From contig JAHRHZ010000079.1 of assembly GCA_024137785.1 (NCBI GenBank), positions 11,960,896 to 12,024,895 on the forward strand: a stretch of DNA of 64,000 bases. Reading direction: 5' to 3'. The position numbers and the translations under genes are program-made. The number at the start of each line of letters is the position of its first letter. The first letter of the stretch is position 1. The notes below the pieces were generated by a model. It worked only from the letters and a program-made list of their open reading frames with translations, ran no database searches and was not told the DNA's origin. This stretch comes from Ginglymostoma cirratum. Lineage: Eukaryota. Below are positions 62,901 to 64,000 of this stretch, piece by piece.

Positions 62901-64000
62901 TCTTGTATGACAGTGAACACCCCTCCTTATTCATTATTGCATTACATTGGGGACTTTGTGACATCTGGAAAACACCACTAGTTCTAAACATCATATTCTA
63001 ATTTCAATGCTGTGTTACCATTAGTTGGTTCAGCAAGGCAGCATTCCAGGTGTTACAACTGACTACAACACCCTGGGTTCAAGAGCAGTGGGTAAAATAG
63101 CTGGGGTACCTGATTGAACACTGAATTATAGATTATGCATAAGCAAACATTATGGTTGTTTATTTTATGATGGGAAAACTGGCAGGATAGGGTGGAATGT
63201 CATTTTGACAGCTTGTCCATAATTACTCTGTCTTCAATGGGGTAATATGTTAAAACACAGTACCTGACACCCAACTCACATTCCCATCTCCAATCCTATC
63301 AGTTTCCCAATCAGGTTGAACAACCTATCAGGTTGTTAAAATTGCCTCCTGGTGTAGCAAGATAGACTAGGTTCAAATGTGATGCCCTCCACTTGAGTAG
63401 GCTGCTGCCACACAATTATTAGTTTTACAGCTGAAGAATGGGCATTTGGGTGAGAGGATCACTAGAATCTAACAAACCTTAATTCAATGGGAAAAGATGG
63501 CAGGAAATCGAGGAATTAAAAATCCTGAAGAGATTGGGAATGATATTCCCGACTGCCAGCGCTATTGGTGAAATATAAAAGAATCAGCCTCTTGTTCAGA
63601 GTGACCACTTAAACATAAAATCTACTCAAAGGACTAAAACCACCCGGTCAATAATAGAAATTGAAGTGAACCAAGCAGTCAATGTGAAGTTAGTTTTCTG
63701 GGAGAGAGAAATCTGTACTTGCTACGAAATCCAAAATTTGAAACCAGCCCAAAGAAATTGCACAAGTTTTATTTCCACTGGCATAGTACCAAACACCTCT
63801 GTGCGATTAGCCGTAGATGCTTTTACTACTGTGTTGAAAGATCAGACACATACTGAAACAAAGTCACCTGAGTTCTTTTACGTGTACCAAAAATGCTGAA
63901 TATTTTTTGCATGGTTGACGTTAAGTGCCACGCACACACACCGACTCCAATGAGGCAGTTACTCTGTTAGATGAAATGATCTTTGCAATCTTTTTGGTGC

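Overview
Eukaryotic, repeat-rich non-coding DNA from a cartilaginous fish, probably a shark. This rests on recognisable HE1 V-SINEs, CR1/HER1 LINE tails and shark-type Penelope ends. I found no convincing host protein-coding exon, RNA gene or prokaryotic system. The window is a large intron or gene desert with one 400-N scaffold gap. It contains decayed CR1, Rex1/Babar, L2 and Penelope-like retroelements, tRNA-derived SINEs, Gypsy-type solo LTRs and PIF/Harbinger remnants. Most ORF-track entries are chance ORFs or transposon fragments. The most interesting structure is secondary: (i) an old ~850-bp, nearly spacer-less palindrome of unrecognised sequence at 20.7-21.6 kb; (ii) three TSD-bounded fold-back retro-insertions (two Penelope, one CR1); (iii) many minimal hammerhead-ribozyme cores carried by Penelope ends; (iv) a CpG-rich island at 48-49.3 kb; (v) a pre-miRNA-sized hairpin; (vi) an unexplained ORF pair at 56.7-57.4 kb. 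Family names come from my recall of consensus motifs, not from a database search. Boundaries of old repeats are approximate.
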